From the NCBI GenBank assembly GCA_051362555.1, contig CM120648.1, positions 13,016,587-13,080,586 on the forward strand: a DNA stretch of 64,000 bases, in the 5' to 3' direction. The DNA comes from Lingula anatina (Eukaryota; Animalia; Brachiopoda). This document shows, piece by piece, positions 61,983 through 64,000 of this stretch; the first letter of the stretch is position 1, and each line of letters opens with the position of its first letter. The translations under genes and the position numbers were made by a program. The notes beneath the pieces were generated by a model. That model saw only the letters and a program-made list of their open reading frames with translations. It was not told where the DNA came from and ran no database searches.

Positions 61983-62847
61983 ATAGTGTGACGGAATGAG
62001 TTGTATGTACGTTTGACCTTCCAAATACCAATGAAAATAATTAAATAAACATCTCGAGCATCCACACTTTTTTGCGAGTGCATATCTACATGCATATCTA
62101 CATGCATGTTCATCGGTCTGTGCAAAGACATGACACCTGCTACCAGTTTCTTGGTTTTAGCTCCAATTATACGTGGGGCAAAAAGACGAAATAAGTATGT
62201 ACATGTATGTAAGTCGTAAGTTTATACATTTTACCTTTTCTTGCCTCTCACTTCTGCGTGTAAATATTATCATTATGCAGTTTATACTGTAAAATACCTG
62301 TCAATTAGACCGGGTGATTTATGTGCTTATATATTCACATGTCGCGTTAATAAATAAATAATAGGCCTACTGTTGAAAACCATTAGCCTGCCTCGAGTGT
62401 TCCTCTATTCGCCTCCAGACGGTACACACTGACCAGTGAAGTAATAAAGGAGGTATATCACCACTTATTTCAGCCGAGCTTGGAGAGTTACGACTGACGA
62501 TTACAATGGATCTTAGGTACAAATTAGAACTGGCTTAATAAACAATCAAGAAAAATCTACATATAACGTTTAGGGTAACTACGGGTCAGATATTTAACAT
62601 ATATACACATACCCTATGTCAGCTGCTGCAACAGCCAAAAAGAACAAGATCAACATTATTTTGGTCTTCATCTTATTAGAGCTTTATCGTGGAATGATGT
62701 TACGTGTTAGCAGGAGTGATAATATACCAGTAAGTGCTTACGTCATCGCATCCAGCCAGCTTACTGCTGATCAGGATGACACATAAAGAAATGTGATTTT
62801 TTTCAGCGAGTGTTAGTTCATAGGCTAAATAAATGCGGATTTTTGTT

Positions 62848-62880
<33 letters not shown>

Positions 62881-63367
62881 TAATTTAAGAACGCTAAACA
62901 TTGTTATTAGCTGTGGCGGTAAACCCGAAAAGTACCTTTGTAAAGCCCTTTTAACATCTTCGGTAACCTATATAACATCTTCGGTAACCTATATTTTTTT
63001 AGTTTGATTTTATATTGGTACAATTAAAAGAAATGTTTCGGCTATTTCTTGCGTGGTCATCCTGAAAAAAAATATAATGACCAAATACCAGACGGTGATC
63101 CTTTTATTATGCTTACTTTTCCCTCTATGTATATGTACTATTTAGTTTTCATATTAGTAACATTTTAATATTAATTAAAATTAAATTAAAATTTAACAAT
63201 AATTTCGCTACCCAAAACCATGGTTTGCTTTGTCTAGCTCTGGTGGTATTAAAATGGCAGAACCGACCTTTTGTCATGGGTTACGAATCACGAGTATTAT
63301 AACTTAATTGGCCTATCACTTTAACTCTCCATCATTTGACTTGAAAAATCACCTCTGTATCAAAATA

Positions 63368-64000
63368 CAGACTTGACATTTAATATGGAATATTTCAGTT
63401 TTAAAGGTATACCTAGGTAAAAATGCGTTCTTTTTAAAAAACTCAGATCTCACATAAGACATCTGACTGGAAAAGTATGAAATCAGGTGTGTCGCTACCA
63501 ATTAAGTGAGTACCAAGTCTGTTGCACTGCTGCATTGAGTAGTATGCAGTGATTTAATTGGCTAGTGCTCCTTTCGGCTGGTCAAAGCTTGGTTTTGATG
63601 AAGCATGGTTCTGTCAAAAAAGTATACATATGTCAGCAACTACTGTATCGAAGAATTTGAAATTTTGCATGCAAGCTGTTGGTTTTGCAGTGCGTACAAT
63701 GAATTAAGCAGTGTTTTATAAGATTGTTAAGCTGTGCCAGAATGGCGCGAAAAATACAGACATTGCCAGACAGATTAATGTGGCAAACGGAATGGTCTGC
63801 ACAGTTTTATAGAGTAATGCCCAAACTGATGTACCTACACAGAGGTCACACTCAATGTATCGACATCTTACCACCAGGGTACAGGACTCACTGTCCTTCA
63901 GGATGTGCTGCTGCAATTAAACCAAAACCATCCAGTCCGTTTTAAATGAGGGGCAAATTGTCACCAGAACGCATTTTTCAAGGCTCTTAGCGAACACCAA
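63368..64000 (+). mobile_element. Third, more diverged copy of the Tc1 element (runs off the window end)
   Basis: TA followed by CAGACTTGACATTTAATATGGAATAT, then sequence homologous to the reverse complement of 10965-11595. Confidence 0.9.

Noticed and set aside
59249-62452. Possible plus-strand micro-exons (ATG at 59249, MEDTKK; 62419-62452)
   Set aside because: Splice-like signals only; too short, with no recognisable homology or continuation.

Overview
AT-rich, intron-containing DNA from a eukaryote, most likely a marine invertebrate (inferred from gene and transposon content). Four protein genes were reconstructed by hand from splice sites and reading phase: (1) a secreted 5x CBM14 chitin-binding peritrophin/mucin (+, 1232-4343); (2) an SLC16/MCT-like MFS transporter (+, 8487-15489); (3) an NHL beta-propeller protein with an internal 12-aa tandem expansion (-, 16672 to about 17990), with a decayed paralogue at about 20.8-21.4 kb; (4) a plant MTP8/MTP11-like Mn-type CDF transporter (-, 25557-32164). 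Gene 4 probably also has a long isoform reaching 55252, which adds a disordered N-terminus with three TQT (LC8-type) motifs. Introns and intergenic DNA are rich in transposons: three copies of a decayed Tc1 element, Helentron/DINE-1-like elements (one carrying a 146-bp satellite with a perfect nuclear-receptor DR1 site in each unit), Tourist-like, CACTA/EnSpm-like and CAGG-ended MITEs with 5-bp TSDs, an RTE LINE tail and Penelope-like relics. The Penelope-like relics include one intact minimal type I hammerhead ribozyme (60293-60331) and one degenerate one (55753-55792). All calls are by eye; no database search was run.
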